A stretch of DNA of 63,410 nucleotides, the filler included, from Folioceros fuciformis (Eukaryota): NCBI GenBank assembly GCA_049999805.1. It is 24 parts of 24 records of this genome, joined end to end, with 100 filler letters (N's around TTAATTAATTAA, not from the genome) between each part and the next. Parts side by side here need not be neighbours in the genome. Positions count along the whole stretch, not along the records: positions 12,654 to 23,726 come from JBNGIO010000607.1; positions 23,827 to 27,347 come from JBNGIO010000608.1; positions 27,448 to 28,622 come from JBNGIO010000609.1; positions 28,723 to 30,975 come from JBNGIO010000610.1; positions 31,076 to 33,651 come from JBNGIO010000611.1; positions 33,752 to 35,027 come from JBNGIO010000612.1; positions 35,128 to 36,251 come from JBNGIO010000613.1; 17 more parts are not named here. One strand, written 5' to 3'. Made by a program: the position numbers and the translations under genes. Every line of letters begins with the position of its first letter. Within the stretch, counting starts at the first letter, position 1. Positions 23,141 to 35,360 of the stretch are shown here, piece by piece. Under the pieces are notes generated by a model. That model ran no database searches and was not told the DNA's origin. It saw nothing but the letters and a program-made list of their open reading frames with translations.

Positions 23141-23726
23141 TCCCAGCTTATACGTCCGAGGACGTATCTCTACCCGGGATACATTTGAACTTAGAAATCA
23201 AATTACTTGTTTGTTACAGCTGCGACGCGAAGTTTTCGTGTTCGCTCCAGTCGAGAGGCCAAGAAGCAACATCGCGAAGCCTTTGTGCTCGCTCAGGTCG
23301 AGAGGCCAAGAGGCAACGCCACTAAGCATCCGTGCTCGCTCTAGTCGGGAGGCCACGAGGCATCGCAAGCAACACTTCGAGAGTGAGAGGAACGACAGAA
23401 CTGGGTTTGGGGTGTATTGTTTCTTCTGGATTCCAGCACATTTTCTCCTCACCGCAATTGCAGATATCAGTCCATTGTCTCCCCAGCTTATACATACGAG
23501 GACGTATCGCTACTTTGAATTTAGAAATTAAATAACTTGTCTATTACACCGGGCGACGCGAAGTTTTCGTGTTCGCTCCAGTCGGAAGGCCAAGAAGCAA
23601 CATCACGAAGCCTTTGTGCTCGCTTAGGTCGAGAAGCCAAGAGGCAACGCCACTAAGCATCCATGCTCGCTCCAGTCGGGAGGGCACGAGGCATCGCAAG
23701 CAACACTCTAAGAACAAGAGGAACGA
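23141..23726 (+). repeat. About 330-340-bp tandem repeat (1.7 copies to the contig end) with internal subrepeats of about 46 bp
   Basis: 23141-23396 is collinear with 23481-23726. Each unit has three GTGYTCGCTC.AGTCG..AGGCCA.GA.GCA subunits. Confidence 0.85.
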
Positions 23727-24639
23727 NNNNNNNNNNNNNNNNNNNNNNNNNNNNNNNNNNNNNNNNNNNNTTAATTAATTAANNNNNNNNNNNNNNNNNN
23801 NNNNNNNNNNNNNNNNNNNNNNNNNNGGCCAAGGACATCCAGCCACCCCCATACACTTGGTCTGGTCACCGATTCGTCCAAAGTACCATGGTCCAAAGAG
23901 ACTTTGGGTATAAATACCCAAGTCTTATTCACAAGCTAAGCCGTTTCACTCGCACTTCCACAAAAAAAATCAAAATCCACCAAATCTGTCACTCAAAAAG
24001 GGGTTTGCGAATTGTTTTTTCCTCTACACCCACTTTTCGGTGCTACGTGTTGATGGCGATGACTTTGGCGATACAGATGTACAACGACTAAGAGATTTAG
24101 ATGTAGTTGTAGATTCCGAGGCCACCAGGATGACCCAGTTTTTGTGTGAGACTGTCGTCCTTAACTTGAACATGATGTATTTTGAATAGGTCATGTGCCG
24201 GTTGATTGGCGCACCATATCCTTTAGTTTCGAAATATCAAGTTTTGCATAGAAGACTAACAATGTTTACTGCATATGTTTTTGTGTTATTGATATTTGTT
24301 GAATACAAAATATATGCAAACATGTCGGTGGCCTTCTTGTTTGGGAAATGAGATCAAAAGTAGATATGGAGCGTGGATCAAGACAAATTTAAAAAGCACA
24401 AAACGGGCTTTGTGGAATCCGCCCGTTTGGGTTAGACCTTGTTTGGGTTACTTATGGTTATTTACATTAGGGTTATTTAGTGAAGGGGTGTGTAGCCTAG
24501 TGGATAGGCTTATATTCACTTACACAACTCTTTTGTTTATTCTCTCGTATGCATATTATATGATTGTTTTCATGCTCTCTTCTCATGCTCTACCATTCCT
24601 GACACTTGAGGGCATACATTGGTAGCAACCCTCAACAAC

Positions 24640-25533
24640 GCTTCTAAGATGTGACAACCAGTTGGCGATTGCCTTAATAGCAAATCCTATCCTGCATGCT
24701 TGATCTAAGCATATCGAGATGTTGTTTCACTTTATTTGCCAAGCAGTGGAGACAGAGGTCATACAGCTGCAATATGTGCATACATCAAATAACGTGGCAG
24801 ACCTACTTACCAAAGGTCTCCCTAAGGCAACACATGAGCAACACAAGAGCTCCCTAGGACTAACCAGTTCAGCTCTTATCTCAAACAGCAGCAACACACA
24901 CGCTCAGCCGAGAAGGAGCATGGGTGAGCTGCAACTGGAGCTATGTATTCGCAGCGGCGTTTGGGCATCCTCTCAAAGCACAGTTCCTATGTGTTACGCA
25001 CAAGGCAATATCTTGAGCCCGACCAACACACAATACAAGCTATTAGTCCTAGATGAAGCAACAAGGTAACCTAATAGGACCAACAACCTCTATGCACCCC
25101 TTTTCTATTCAGTACCTCTACTGCAGGCCTTTCGTCGTTAGGAAGAGGCAGCTTGCACGCGGCGATCAGTGCGTCTGGATCTGCCATGGGAGCACGGTTT
25201 TGAGTTTTCAGTCACTTTGAGCTGTGCATGGAGATAACGTCTACGCCTTAGGTTGATTCTAACTAGATAAGGTTGCGAGTTAGGTCTGAGGGGGCGTATT
25301 GGAATGGTATTTTAAATACAGAAACTAACTTGTTATTACCAAGCAGTATAAGGGTTAGTATAATCATCAATTAATATGTTTATATACGTTAGATTAAAAC
25401 AGTTACGATATACTCTTTTATTGTTTTTCTTCATACACTCAAGTAGTTACTCTTTCGTGTCTCTCTAGTGCTCGTGCGCTCACGCCTCCTTGCTACGATC
25501 TGATCCTACATAATGCTATAGCTCATTCCAATA
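24640..25533 (+). mobile_element. Ty1/copia 3' end: RNase H remnant, PPT and 237-bp 3' LTR (25297-25533)
   Basis: CDNQLAIAL..NP..HA*SKHIE, NVADLLTKGL; PPT TGAGGGGGCG; LTR bounded by TATTGGAATG...CATTCCAATA. Confidence 0.85.
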
Positions 25534-26646
25534 CCACATTAAGGCAAAAGAAGTTTGCTGATAGGCACAGGAAAGACGCAAAATTTAAAGTGGGTGACAA
25601 GGTTTGGGTGAAGTTGAAGCACTTCCTAGTACCTCAAGGACTGTCCCAAAAGTTAAGGCCTAAGTATGAAGGTCCTTTTGTATATCTGAAGCGCATTGGG
25701 AATGTGGCTTACAAACTTCAACTGCCTAATTGGTTGTCTCATGATGTGTTTCATGTCTCTTTGCTGAAACCGTTTGTGATTTGGAAAGAGAATGAAGACA
25801 TGAACAGGAAAGACTATGTCATCCTGGTTCAATATAACCATAGTCTGCAGACGATTGTTGAATTCTTAGCAGAAAGAGAAGTGCCTTCTGTCCATGGTAA
25901 TGTTCAAGAGTACCTAGTAAGGCTTCGTGATTTTGCAGATCCTGTTTGGGTTTCACTTCAAGATGTGCAACAAGGATCATGGATGATCTAATGTTATACT
26001 GCAAGTCATTAAGGACAATGACACCTTCCTAGTGGGGGAGAGAGAGTAATGGCACAAGTGAAATAAAGTGAAAGTTAAAAGTAGAAAGGTGAAAGCTAAA
26101 TCTAGAGTCGTCTTGATGAAGAAGCAAGTATGCTTCTTGTAGCCTTGGGAAACTAGATGTATATTCGAGGCAAAACCTCCTAAGACGGATGGAGTTGTAA
26201 TGACCACTAGTATTTTGAGATGAGTGGTGTGTATCATTCCCAGGAGTTGTAATGACCACTAGTATTCTGAGATGAGTGGTGTGTATCATTCCCAACGTTA
26301 GCAATGGCTTTGCTGTGGAATATACATAGACTAGTGCTAAGGCTTTAAGGACATATATATAGAGAGATAGAATGCATACAATGAGAAATCTAGCCTTGAG
26401 ACATAACTGTGGAGGACTTAAAAAGCAAGCTTGTCACATTGAGTCTAGGGCAATAATGAGTGGGCCGTAGATCGCAAAACTCTTTTTCATTTGAAGCAGC
26501 ACCTAGGCAGTAATAAGTTGGGGCGTAAATCACCTAATTCTTTTGTATCTTAAATAAATTACCTAATTCTTTTATATCTTGAATAAAGAGCTGCACCTGG
26601 GAATGAGCGATTTGTAAGTCGAACCCTATCGAGTGAAGCCGTTGCT
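25534..26646 (+). mobile_element. Ty3/gypsy (chromovirus-like) integrase C-terminus, decayed chromodomain, PPT and probable 3' LTR
   Basis: QKKFADRHRK..FKVGDKVW, KLRPKYEGPF, GNVAYKLQLP, HDVFHVSLLKPF, EYLVRLRDF..PVWV; purine tract GTGGGGGAGAGAGAG near 26032; 52-bp tandem duplication at 26191-26292. Confidence 0.85.
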
Positions 26647-27281
26647 TCCTTTTATGCTGCAAGGAAGGAGACGTTCCTTGCCAAGCTACATACCCCAAGA
26701 AATTTTAAGCAAGCCATGGTATCACGGTCTCTGTTTTTGATCACGCAGTTGGGTCAGTTGGGATCTTGAAGGCCGAAACGGCAACGCGGTCCTGGATGTG
26801 ACTAGACGAGGAATTGCCGTTAAGTAAAAGTCTAGATATGTGCCTCGCACTGCCTGGATTGTGATTGGGGTTGCTAGTTTCACCTGCTTCCTGAGAACTG
26901 TCAAGCTGTTGTGCCTTGATACTCCTCGGCATACTGGCTACCAATGTGCTTTCACCTGCACTGTACAGCATCATATACATACGACAGTATTGGTAAGGTG
27001 AGTTTCTACCTCAAATGCGGTGAAGGAGTTGAGGAGACCCTGCAAAGCACGTGTACAACGTGCTCATCATGAAGAGTGTGCAGGGGTGCAGGGAAAACAT
27101 GCTAGGCTTGCTACAAAGTTAAGTACCTAGTCCCACAGAGCGAAATGCCCTCAAGTGCACGATCATACAATTCTTCTTCTTCTTCTTCTTGTTAGGGGAA
27201 CAATGGTACTTGCCACCAAGAAGAATCCGCACACCACTAGGAATCCGCCTGGCACTGGCTACACTCACTTCTTCATTTTTC

Positions 27282-27347
27282 TCATGGTCGACCCTTACAG
27301 CTGCAACAACCATTTGCGAATCGATGCACACGGTACCCATCCCTCAC
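27282..27347 (-). CDS. C-terminus of a GRP-type DYW:KP PPR protein (5' part lost at the contig edge)
   Basis: Reads VRDGYRVHRFANGCCSCKGRP* without disruption. Confidence 0.88.
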   Translation of the reverse strand: MRDGYRVHRFANGCCSCKGRP

Positions 27348-27678
27348 NNNNNNNNNNNNNNNNNNNNNNNNNNNNNNNNNNNNNNNNNNNNTTAATTAAT
27401 TAANNNNNNNNNNNNNNNNNNNNNNNNNNNNNNNNNNNNNNNNNNNNATTGCTAGAGTGCAATCTGACAATGGATACACTAGAACAACCTACTAGAAGTG
27501 CAAATCTTCTAAATATAAAATCAAGAAAGCTATAAACCTATTTCTTGAAGTATGTTTTAAAATAGTTTCTTTAAAAGAAAACAACAATAAAACATATAAA
27601 CAAAATACATTGTCCTGTACATCAGAATGTGCAGATTTTAATGTGCATTATCACAAGTGTAATCTACACCTAAACCTT

Positions 27679-27910
27679 GCTCTGATACCATGAGAAAACA
27701 TGGAAATTGGTGTAGACCAATTGCTATAAAACAATTACATTATTATATTGATTAAACAATAATTATATACAGCATAGACAAATAACTGAACTTAAGCTAA
27801 GTAGGGTGAATAGACACACCCTTTCATAAAGGACGTAACCCAAATGAACGAGCACCTAGACTTATAGTAGCTATGAACGCATTCACCAAACGAAACCTAA
27901 TGTATTAACA
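27679..27910 (-). mobile_element. 5' LTR (27691-27910) and tRNA-Met PBS of an LTR retrotransposon inserted in a copia gag
   Basis: Minus strand TGTTAATACA...CTCA immediately followed by TGGTATCAGAGC. Confidence 0.8.
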
Positions 27911-28622
27911 CCCTATTTTCATCAGAAGCACAAATGAGTCCCACAACGCTTTTGCTGAAAGATTTCTTTCAACATTCTTCATCCAGTCCGACGATATGCC
28001 CCCTAGGATGACATTCAAGGCCTGATTGTTGGCCTTTGTGTATGCAGCAACTCCCACTGGATCTGCTGTAGGGTCAGGCGGCATCACTAATACTCCAGCT
28101 ACTACATCCCACAGTTCTTTACTTTTGAGGAATATTTCCATCCGCATGGACCAGACATCGAAGTTCCCGCCGTCAGATCGGTCCTTCTCCTTGAAGTCTG
28201 AATAGCTGACAGAGGATGGGCCTGCCATTGGGACTGCAGCAGGTAAGCCTACACCACCATCAGGTTGTTTTGGTCCTCCAGGTCCACCAGGTCCACCAGG
28301 TCCACCTGGTCCTTCTGATCCTCCTGGTCCTCCTGACCCCCTTGACCCTCCAAAGGCTGCCAACCAACCTGATGTGGTAACAGGTACTCCTGAATTTGCA
28401 ACTACCTGCACAGTCTGATTTTGTCCCGACACAAACTGTGTATTTGAACTTGTTGCATTTTCAGCATCTTCCAAGACTGATAAAGTGTCCTCTTCCTGTG
28501 TTCCAAATGTAAAGGCAGGATACCCAGATGTTGTCCTCAAATTAGGAGTAGTTGGGGTCGAGGCATCCTAATCTGAAGGATAGACCGGGCTCAGTGATGC
28601 ACTAGCCGGACTATTAAGACTA
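27911..28622 (-). mobile_element. Ty1/copia gag N-terminal region with a Gly-Pro repeat
   Basis: NFDVWSMRMEIFLKSKELWDVV...ANNQALNVILGGIS...SAKALWD (UBN2-type gag), preceded by GPGGPGGPGGP. Confidence 0.85.
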
Positions 28623-28722
28623 NNNNNNNNNNNNNNNNNNNNNNNNNNNNNNNNNNNNNNNNNNNNTTAATTAATTAANNNNNNNNNNNNNNNNNNNNNN
28701 NNNNNNNNNNNNNNNNNNNNNN

Positions 28723-28868
28723 CCGGTCTACCAGCGCACTGTTGCCGACCCGAGTCCCGAGTGCGCCGGTCTGCCGGCACACTATGGCTTGCAATGAGTC
28801 CATTGTGCCGGTCTACTGGCACCCTAGAGCTCCAGCGGTCTCGAGTGTGCCGGTCTACCGGCGCACTC
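28723..28868 (+). repeat. Four copies of a GTGCGCCGGTCTACCGGCGCAC-like quasi-palindrome (possible TE subterminal repeats)
   Basis: CCGGTCTRCYRGCRC recurs at about 40-45-bp spacing. Confidence 0.7.
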
Positions 28869-29014
28869 CTGTATGTTCATGCTAAAGTAGCTTTATCGGT
28901 AGTCAGACTAACGTTTATCCTTCTGGTTGTAGAAACCCTCAAAGGTAGCGGACTTGAAGTCCCTCCCAAAGCCATTCGAGGATTTCATTAATTCGGCGAA
29001 AAAACTGGAAAAGG

Positions 29015-29578
29015 ATGGAAGAGGAGAAATAGAAGTTGGCGGCAGCGGATATGGATGCAGGGCTGTCGGATTTTTGGGTTCCAGCGAGTAACTCCAAGGT
29101 AAAATACCAAGTTATTCAAAGAAATGTACTGGAAATGAAGGCATTCCTTGTCAAACGACCCTACACGCTGCTATTTGCAGACCTGCCTCGAGGCTTACAA
29201 TGGCATGAGTATGATAGGCAGATGAAGGTGGCAGATTTGGATGAAATGCTCGGAGGGTTCAGTGAATGCACCTCGAGCAATTTTTAGGGTTATTCTAATG
29301 CACGGAGTAGACATGATTTCGGAAGCAAGGGAGGCACTGCGGCCTTGGTGCAAGAAGGGGAGCATCCAAACTCTGGTATGGGAGAAGACGAACATACCCC
29401 CAAATGCAGGAGCAGTGGAAACAGTTGACTATGTCACTGTTGGGAGTGCAGTTCACATAGAGGCTCAAGAATCGAAGGCTACACTATTTGCAAATCATGG
29501 ATTTATGCTCCCAAGGGTTATAAGTCATGGAACGGTGGTGAAGAATGTCAATAGGATCGACTCCAGTCTACGTGCAAG
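29015..29578 (+). pseudogene. Decayed N4-cytosine/N6-adenine DNA methyltransferase-like ORF (N-terminal half, beta-type motif order)
   Basis: YQVIQRNVLEM...YTLLFADLPRG (motif IV-like), frameshift near 29281, then RVILMHG, QTLVWEKTN and ETVDYVTVG. Cut by an LTR at 29579. Confidence 0.5.
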
Positions 29579-29838
29579 TGTAGGAGAGGAGAGGAGAGAA
29601 GAGAGGGTGGTATTGGTGATCACAACCATGAAAACAATACACATCACCACTGTCTTACTATGGAGGTCCGAGGTCTCCATTTAAGTAGTACATTTAGGGC
29701 TACACAACTTCCAGGTTCAATATGGGATAATCTACACTATCCTAAGTTCACTAATAACTAGAACTAGTCTAGTATGAACCCAACTGGGATAACTAACACC
29801 ACATGAGTTTAGCTCATATAGAGCTCGATAACTCAACA
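29579..29838. mobile_element. LTR-like segment (TG...CA) without a matching target duplication
   Basis: TGTAGGAG...CTCAACA, 260 bp, separating two unrelated coding remnants. Confidence 0.55.
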
Positions 29839-30640
29839 GTATTTCGCTACTTGAAGGGTACCTCGACATATGGGTTGATGTACTAGAGTGGAGGGACCGG
29901 CAAGCTCCTTCTCAGTGGCTATTCAGATGCCGATTGGGCATCCGATCCAGACTCAAGGAAGAGCTTAAGCGCCCATTGTTTCCTTCTATCCTCAGCTGCA
30001 GTGAATTGGAGCTGTAAGAAGCAGACTTCTATAGCACTTTCCTCTACAGAGGCTGAGTACAAGTCACTCACCGACGCCTCTAAAGAAGCTGAGTGGGAGG
30101 GAGCTTTCCGAGCCGACGTCGGCCAGAGACAAGATCAGCCGACGCCACTCTACTGCGACAATATGTCAGCTCTGGCCCTGATTTCAAATCCCAAGTTTCA
30201 TGCCAGGACGAAGCATATCGAGATCCAACACCACTACATTTGGGATGTAGTCGAGTGCAAGGTGGTAGGTGCCAGCTATGGACCAACGGCGGACAACTCG
30301 GCAGACATCCTGACGAAAGGCCTGCCCAAGATTCGGCACTACCAGCACATGAAGGGCATGGGGTTGATTGACTTCACCCCCTACCTCTCCAATAACTGAA
30401 GGCCAGAAGATGTTCCCTCGGCAGAGGGAGTCCTTAGCCTAGGTTATGTTACCCTTAAGAGGGAGTGTTAAGTTTAGTAAGAGTTACATAACCCTAGCTA
30501 ATAGTTAGGCGAGTTAGGCTAACCTAGCTTGTTAAGCGAACCGTCGCACCCCTACGAAGGGGTGCCTGGGCTCCTATAAAAGGGCCCCTACCCTATGTAC
30601 TTCCTAACCTTCTCTAATTCATGCTTCCGCCCTTTCTACC
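29839..30640 (+). mobile_element. Ty1/copia RNase H, PPT and start of 3' LTR
   Basis: FRYLKGT, GYSDADWASD, SSTEAEY, RTKHIEIQHHY; TTAAGAGGGAG then TGTT at 30466; TATAAAA in the LTR. Confidence 0.93.
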
Positions 30641-30649
30641 CATTAGGAA

Positions 30650-30975
30650 AGTTCACAGACTGGTTGCAAGAGGGTATAGCCAAGTGGAAGGCTTGGACTA
30701 CACCAAAAACTTCTCTCAAGTGGTACGTTCCACATCAATACGCTCCCTGTTTGCTATCGCAGCACAACATGATTATGCAATGGAGCATATGGATGTGAAG
30801 ACAGCTTTTCTCAATGGTACCTTGGAGGAGACCATCTACATGCGCTAACCAGAGGGCTTCAAAGATCCTAGACACCCAAACAAAGTGTGTAAGCTCATCA
30901 AAACTATATATGGGCTTAAGCAATCACTTAGGGCATGGTACAATAGAATAGATACTTATCTAAGGAAGTCAGGAT
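30650..30975 (+). mobile_element. Ty1/copia RT fragment
   Basis: RLVARGYSQVEGLDY, MDVKTAFLNG, KTIYGLKQS. Confidence 0.93.
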
Positions 30976-31075
30976 NNNNNNNNNNNNNNNNNNNNNNNNN
31001 NNNNNNNNNNNNNNNNNNNTTAATTAATTAANNNNNNNNNNNNNNNNNNNNNNNNNNNNNNNNNNNNNNNNNNNN

Positions 31076-33569
31076 ACTCACCCCCTCACTGACATGTCTG
31101 GGTCAGTGGTCTTGGGTTTACCATTCCACAGTCTTCCAGACCATGGATTCATTGTTGGTGATCTACCATTGGTCACATCCTCACTCTTTGCGAGAGTACT
31201 CTTAACAGTACTCTCCCCTGTGGGTTCGTCATAGGGTAGTGCAATTGAGTTGCTATACCAGGAGGCTAACTCATCAAATACCACATCCCTGCTTATCAGG
31301 ATCTCATGTGTGGATGACACATAGCACTTATATGCCTTCCTATTTCGTGCATATCCCAAAAAAACACTCTTCACTGCTTTATGATCCAGCTTCCTACGCT
31401 TCTCATCAGGTACATGCACATATGCAATGCACCCAAACATATTCAAGTGCCTAATATATGGCTTATAGCCATAGTCTCTCAATTGGTGTAGCATCCTGAA
31501 TTCCTGTCGTAGGAGTTCGATTCAGTACATACACTGCTGTCATCACTGCTTCTGCCCAATAATCATTAGGTAAGCACTTCTCATTCAGCATTGCCCTTGC
31601 TGTTTCCATGACTACCCTGTTCTTCCTCTCTGCAACACCATTCTGCTGTGGTGTGTATCTATAAGTCAGCTGTCTTCGTATACCATGATTTGCAAGATAC
31701 CTGTCAAACTCATTTGAGACATATTCTCCCCCTCCATCTGATCTTAGACAAGAGATGGAGCAACTGAATTCATTTTCAGCATGCTTTTTGAAGTCCTTGA
31801 AAGACTCGAACACTTCATCCTTATGCTTTAATATGTATACCCACGTGTACCTGCTGAAATCATCAATGAAGGAGACATAGTAGTGGGCTCCTCCAAACGA
31901 TGCACTCTGTGAAGGACCCCATACATCAGAGTGTATCAATTGCAAAGGTCTCGAGCTGTTCTGCATGTGTCGCACAAATGGAAACCTTGACTGTTTTCCA
32001 AATTGACATGCAAAACACACATGACCAAGATCAGCATACTTGAACTTGGGCAATCCTTCCACCACGCTTTTCTGTTGCATAGATTTCAGCTTCTCTATGT
32101 TCACATGCCCAATCCTCTTATGCCATATTTCAACATCACGTATGGCACCTGCATCATTTGTAAACATTGCTGCATTTAGCTCTGGAATGGTTGCATCCAG
32201 AGTGAACATCCGTCCATTCCTACTACCTTTAGCAATCAGTTTGTGCCCTCTGTCATATTCTTCAATAAAGCATCCATCTTTATTGAATCGAACTTGCAGA
32301 TTTTGTTTAGCCATCTGTCCAACAGACAACAGGTTCTTCGTAATGGTTGGAACATGCAACACATCTTGCAGACTCTTTTGCTGACCATTCAACATCCTAA
32401 GAGGAACAATTCCTCTGTGCTTTATGTCATGTTGTGTGTCATCTCCTGTACACACATGACCATGGGGATCAGCATCCATCTTGTTAAACCACTCGCCATG
32501 CAGAGTCATGTGGTTTGATGCTTCTGAATCAATGTACCATCTCTCATCATTCTACCCATCCTGTTCAGAGAGATGTTGCATGGCAAACAACCTATCCTGG
32601 TCATTTTTAGCATTACTAGAGGAGGCATAGTTCCCATGCTACCTTCCTTTTCCTCTCATGTCTGCTTGCTGCTTATAGCAGTCCTTAGCAATATGACCAA
32701 CCTTTCCATAGTATAACACTCCTTGTCTCTATTGGAATGGTCATGAGATTGAAAAGAACCATCTCTTCCTCTTGTGGCTCTACCTGCGCCTCTAAAACTT
32801 CCAGATCCTCTATGGCCTTGCGCATTTCCTCCACGCTAATTGTCTTGCTGATTCTGCGTGTTCCGAGCATCACCCCGTCCTCGAAATGAACTACGACCTC
32901 TGTGGCCTCTCCCACGCTAGTTAGAAAACAAAACACTGTCTCTCCCTTGAGACATACGTGAACCTGTGTTCAGACAAAGCTTAACTTCCTCATGCAGCAA
33001 CAAAGCAACCAATTCATCCCAACTTGGGGACTTAGCTCTCACAGAGATTGATGTGTCAAAGGACTTGTATTCCTTGCTAAATCCGTTCAGAGTAACTGCA
33101 ACCATGTCATCTTTCGTTACACTTGCACCGATTGTAGCAAGCTGATCAGCTATGGTCTTCACCTCTGTTGTATACACGAGTATGGATCTGCTACCTCGTG
33201 ACAAGTTGTTGAACTGCTGCTTCAACTGTATTTTCCTAGCATGTGTGACATTCCCATAGTTCCTCATGAGTATGTCCCATGCATCCTTTGGAGACTCACA
33301 TCCCGTGATCTATATGACCATAGCATCCATAAGAAGAGCTAGTGTAACACTTTACATGCTCTCTTAGTCCAATGCTTGTGAGCAGTCTTTTGCTCCTGTG
33401 ATGGAGTACGATCCATCTCCGGTTCACTCTCATCACCTGTGTAGAGGTCCCAATAGCCTCTACCTACCAAGAAGTTCTTCATCCTGAACTTCCATAAAGC
33501 AAAATTCTTGTTATCCAACTTCTCTCCCACAACCTGAGAGATATTGTATGATCCCTACACGTTACCCAT
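31076..33569 (-). mobile_element. Ty1/copia gag, zinc knuckle, protease and integrase (decayed)
   Basis: KLDNKNFALWKFRMKNFL, GKVGHIAKDC, WYIDSEASNHM, WHKRIGH, HSDVWGP, LRSDGGGEY, QQNGVAERKNR. Confidence 0.97.
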
Positions 33570-33751
33570 GATTCAGGCTCCTTTACGCACCAACACTTGT
33601 CCTGCACCTCAGGTCAGTTGCCTTCTCTTGCTTGTTGTGCCACCAAGTCCCNNNNNNNNNNNNNNNNNNNNNNNNNNNNNNNNNNNNNNNNNNNNTTAAT
33701 TAATTAANNNNNNNNNNNNNNNNNNNNNNNNNNNNNNNNNNNNNNNNNNNN

Positions 33752-35027
33752 GACATACCCCACATATTCCCGTTCCTATGTTCAGACCATTATTTTATGA
33801 TTTAATATTATTCTATTATTATTTAAGCATTTAATATTATATATCTTTGATTAATATTAAACTAATCACTAGACCTAGACTCAAACTTTCCCAACCCTAT
33901 GGCCCGGTACCGGACCTAAAGTTTCTCAGGTCTTGAACCAGACCTGTACCCACTCTAATAACCAAACCAACTATTTCCTATTTCCTGGTCAAGTAACATA
34001 ATTAATACAAAGAAAATTGGGAAAAATGACCAGAAAATAAAGGAAAATTAGGGAAAATAAGTAGAAAAAGAAAACCAAACCATACCACTATTAACCCTTT
34101 TTCAACCAAAACAAACTACTACCCCAAACTTTGGAGGTTCACAAGGCGCTTAGCAAAGTGAGACAAAAAAGGGAAAATTTCCATTTTGACCGTATGGAGC
34201 TGGTATTGCCAACGAGAGCTCCACACAATCAAGAGAGTTGCGATATTTATTTACCGAGGAGAGAAGACAGTCAAGACCTCCAAGACTTTGTAATTCAAGG
34301 CCCCAATTCATCAATTTAGAAGTTACATGGGTTAGGAGAGGATGGATCCCCTTGACACACTCCCATATTATATGAGAGTGTGCTTACAATAATTGTAGAG
34401 CAAGTCCAAAAGATCAAAAGCAGCATACAAAGTATGGACCTAGGTTCTAACCTTCTCATAAAGTAGCCCTATGGTATGTAAAAAATGCAAAGGCATTACC
34501 AACTTATGAAAAAGGGAAGAGAGAATATCTAGGCTTGACAACAATAAGGGCTTTATAAGGCTTGACAATTGCAAGGAACAAGGAGTGATAGAACTTGAAT
34601 GGGCCATTGATGGCTCACAAACAATTGTGGGCAATAAGAAACTACAAAAGTAAAGACATTTGCTCTCATCATCATCTGACCAAGGATGACGAGCTGCAGT
34701 GTAAGAGATCTTTATGTCATGACAAAAAAAGTTTAGACGGGAAGATGTCGTGCGTAGTTTGACGAAAGCATTGACTTGTGGAGAGAAGAAAAGAAGATTT
34801 CTTACAAGAAGTGGCCTATGGACTTCCTCATGGAAGAACTCGTTATAAGATGCCATGCCGTGGGCTTGTTGGGGGAGATAGATTATTAGAAGATTGCATA
34901 GAGGAAGTCGAAGCAAGAAAACAAAGTCTTTAACCATTAAAATATCCCCCGAGGCAAACAATATTTGAGATCCTCGAGAGGGTCCTCAAAAGTTGTAGTA
35001 GGATGCCCTCTATCGTGGGAAGAACCC
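33752..35027 (+). mobile_element. Probable TE fragment carrying the repeat shared with 1727-2107
   Basis: First 390 bp are collinear with 1727-2107. The rest is purine-rich and stop-riddled; family not identified. Confidence 0.45.
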
Positions 35028-35360
35028 NNNNNNNNNNNNNNNNNNNNNNNNNNNNNNNNNNNNNNNNNNNNTTAATTAATTAANNNNNNNNNNNNNNNNN
35101 NNNNNNNNNNNNNNNNNNNNNNNNNNNCAATGTTATTTTTATAATAAATCTACATCTGCATGTAATTTCTTACTTCCTCCTTGCCGTCGCGCTCCTCCCC
35201 CACTGGTCTGCCTCTGGCCCTCCTACCCCACCGCTGGTCAGGCAGGTCCTCCCACAGGACCTCCACCTCACTGCTACTGCTGCTGGCCCTCGCTGGCGGC
35301 GGCGCAGGTGGGTCCCGTTGCAGGAAATCCCTCTCCTCCCTCCGTCGCCGATTATTGAGG

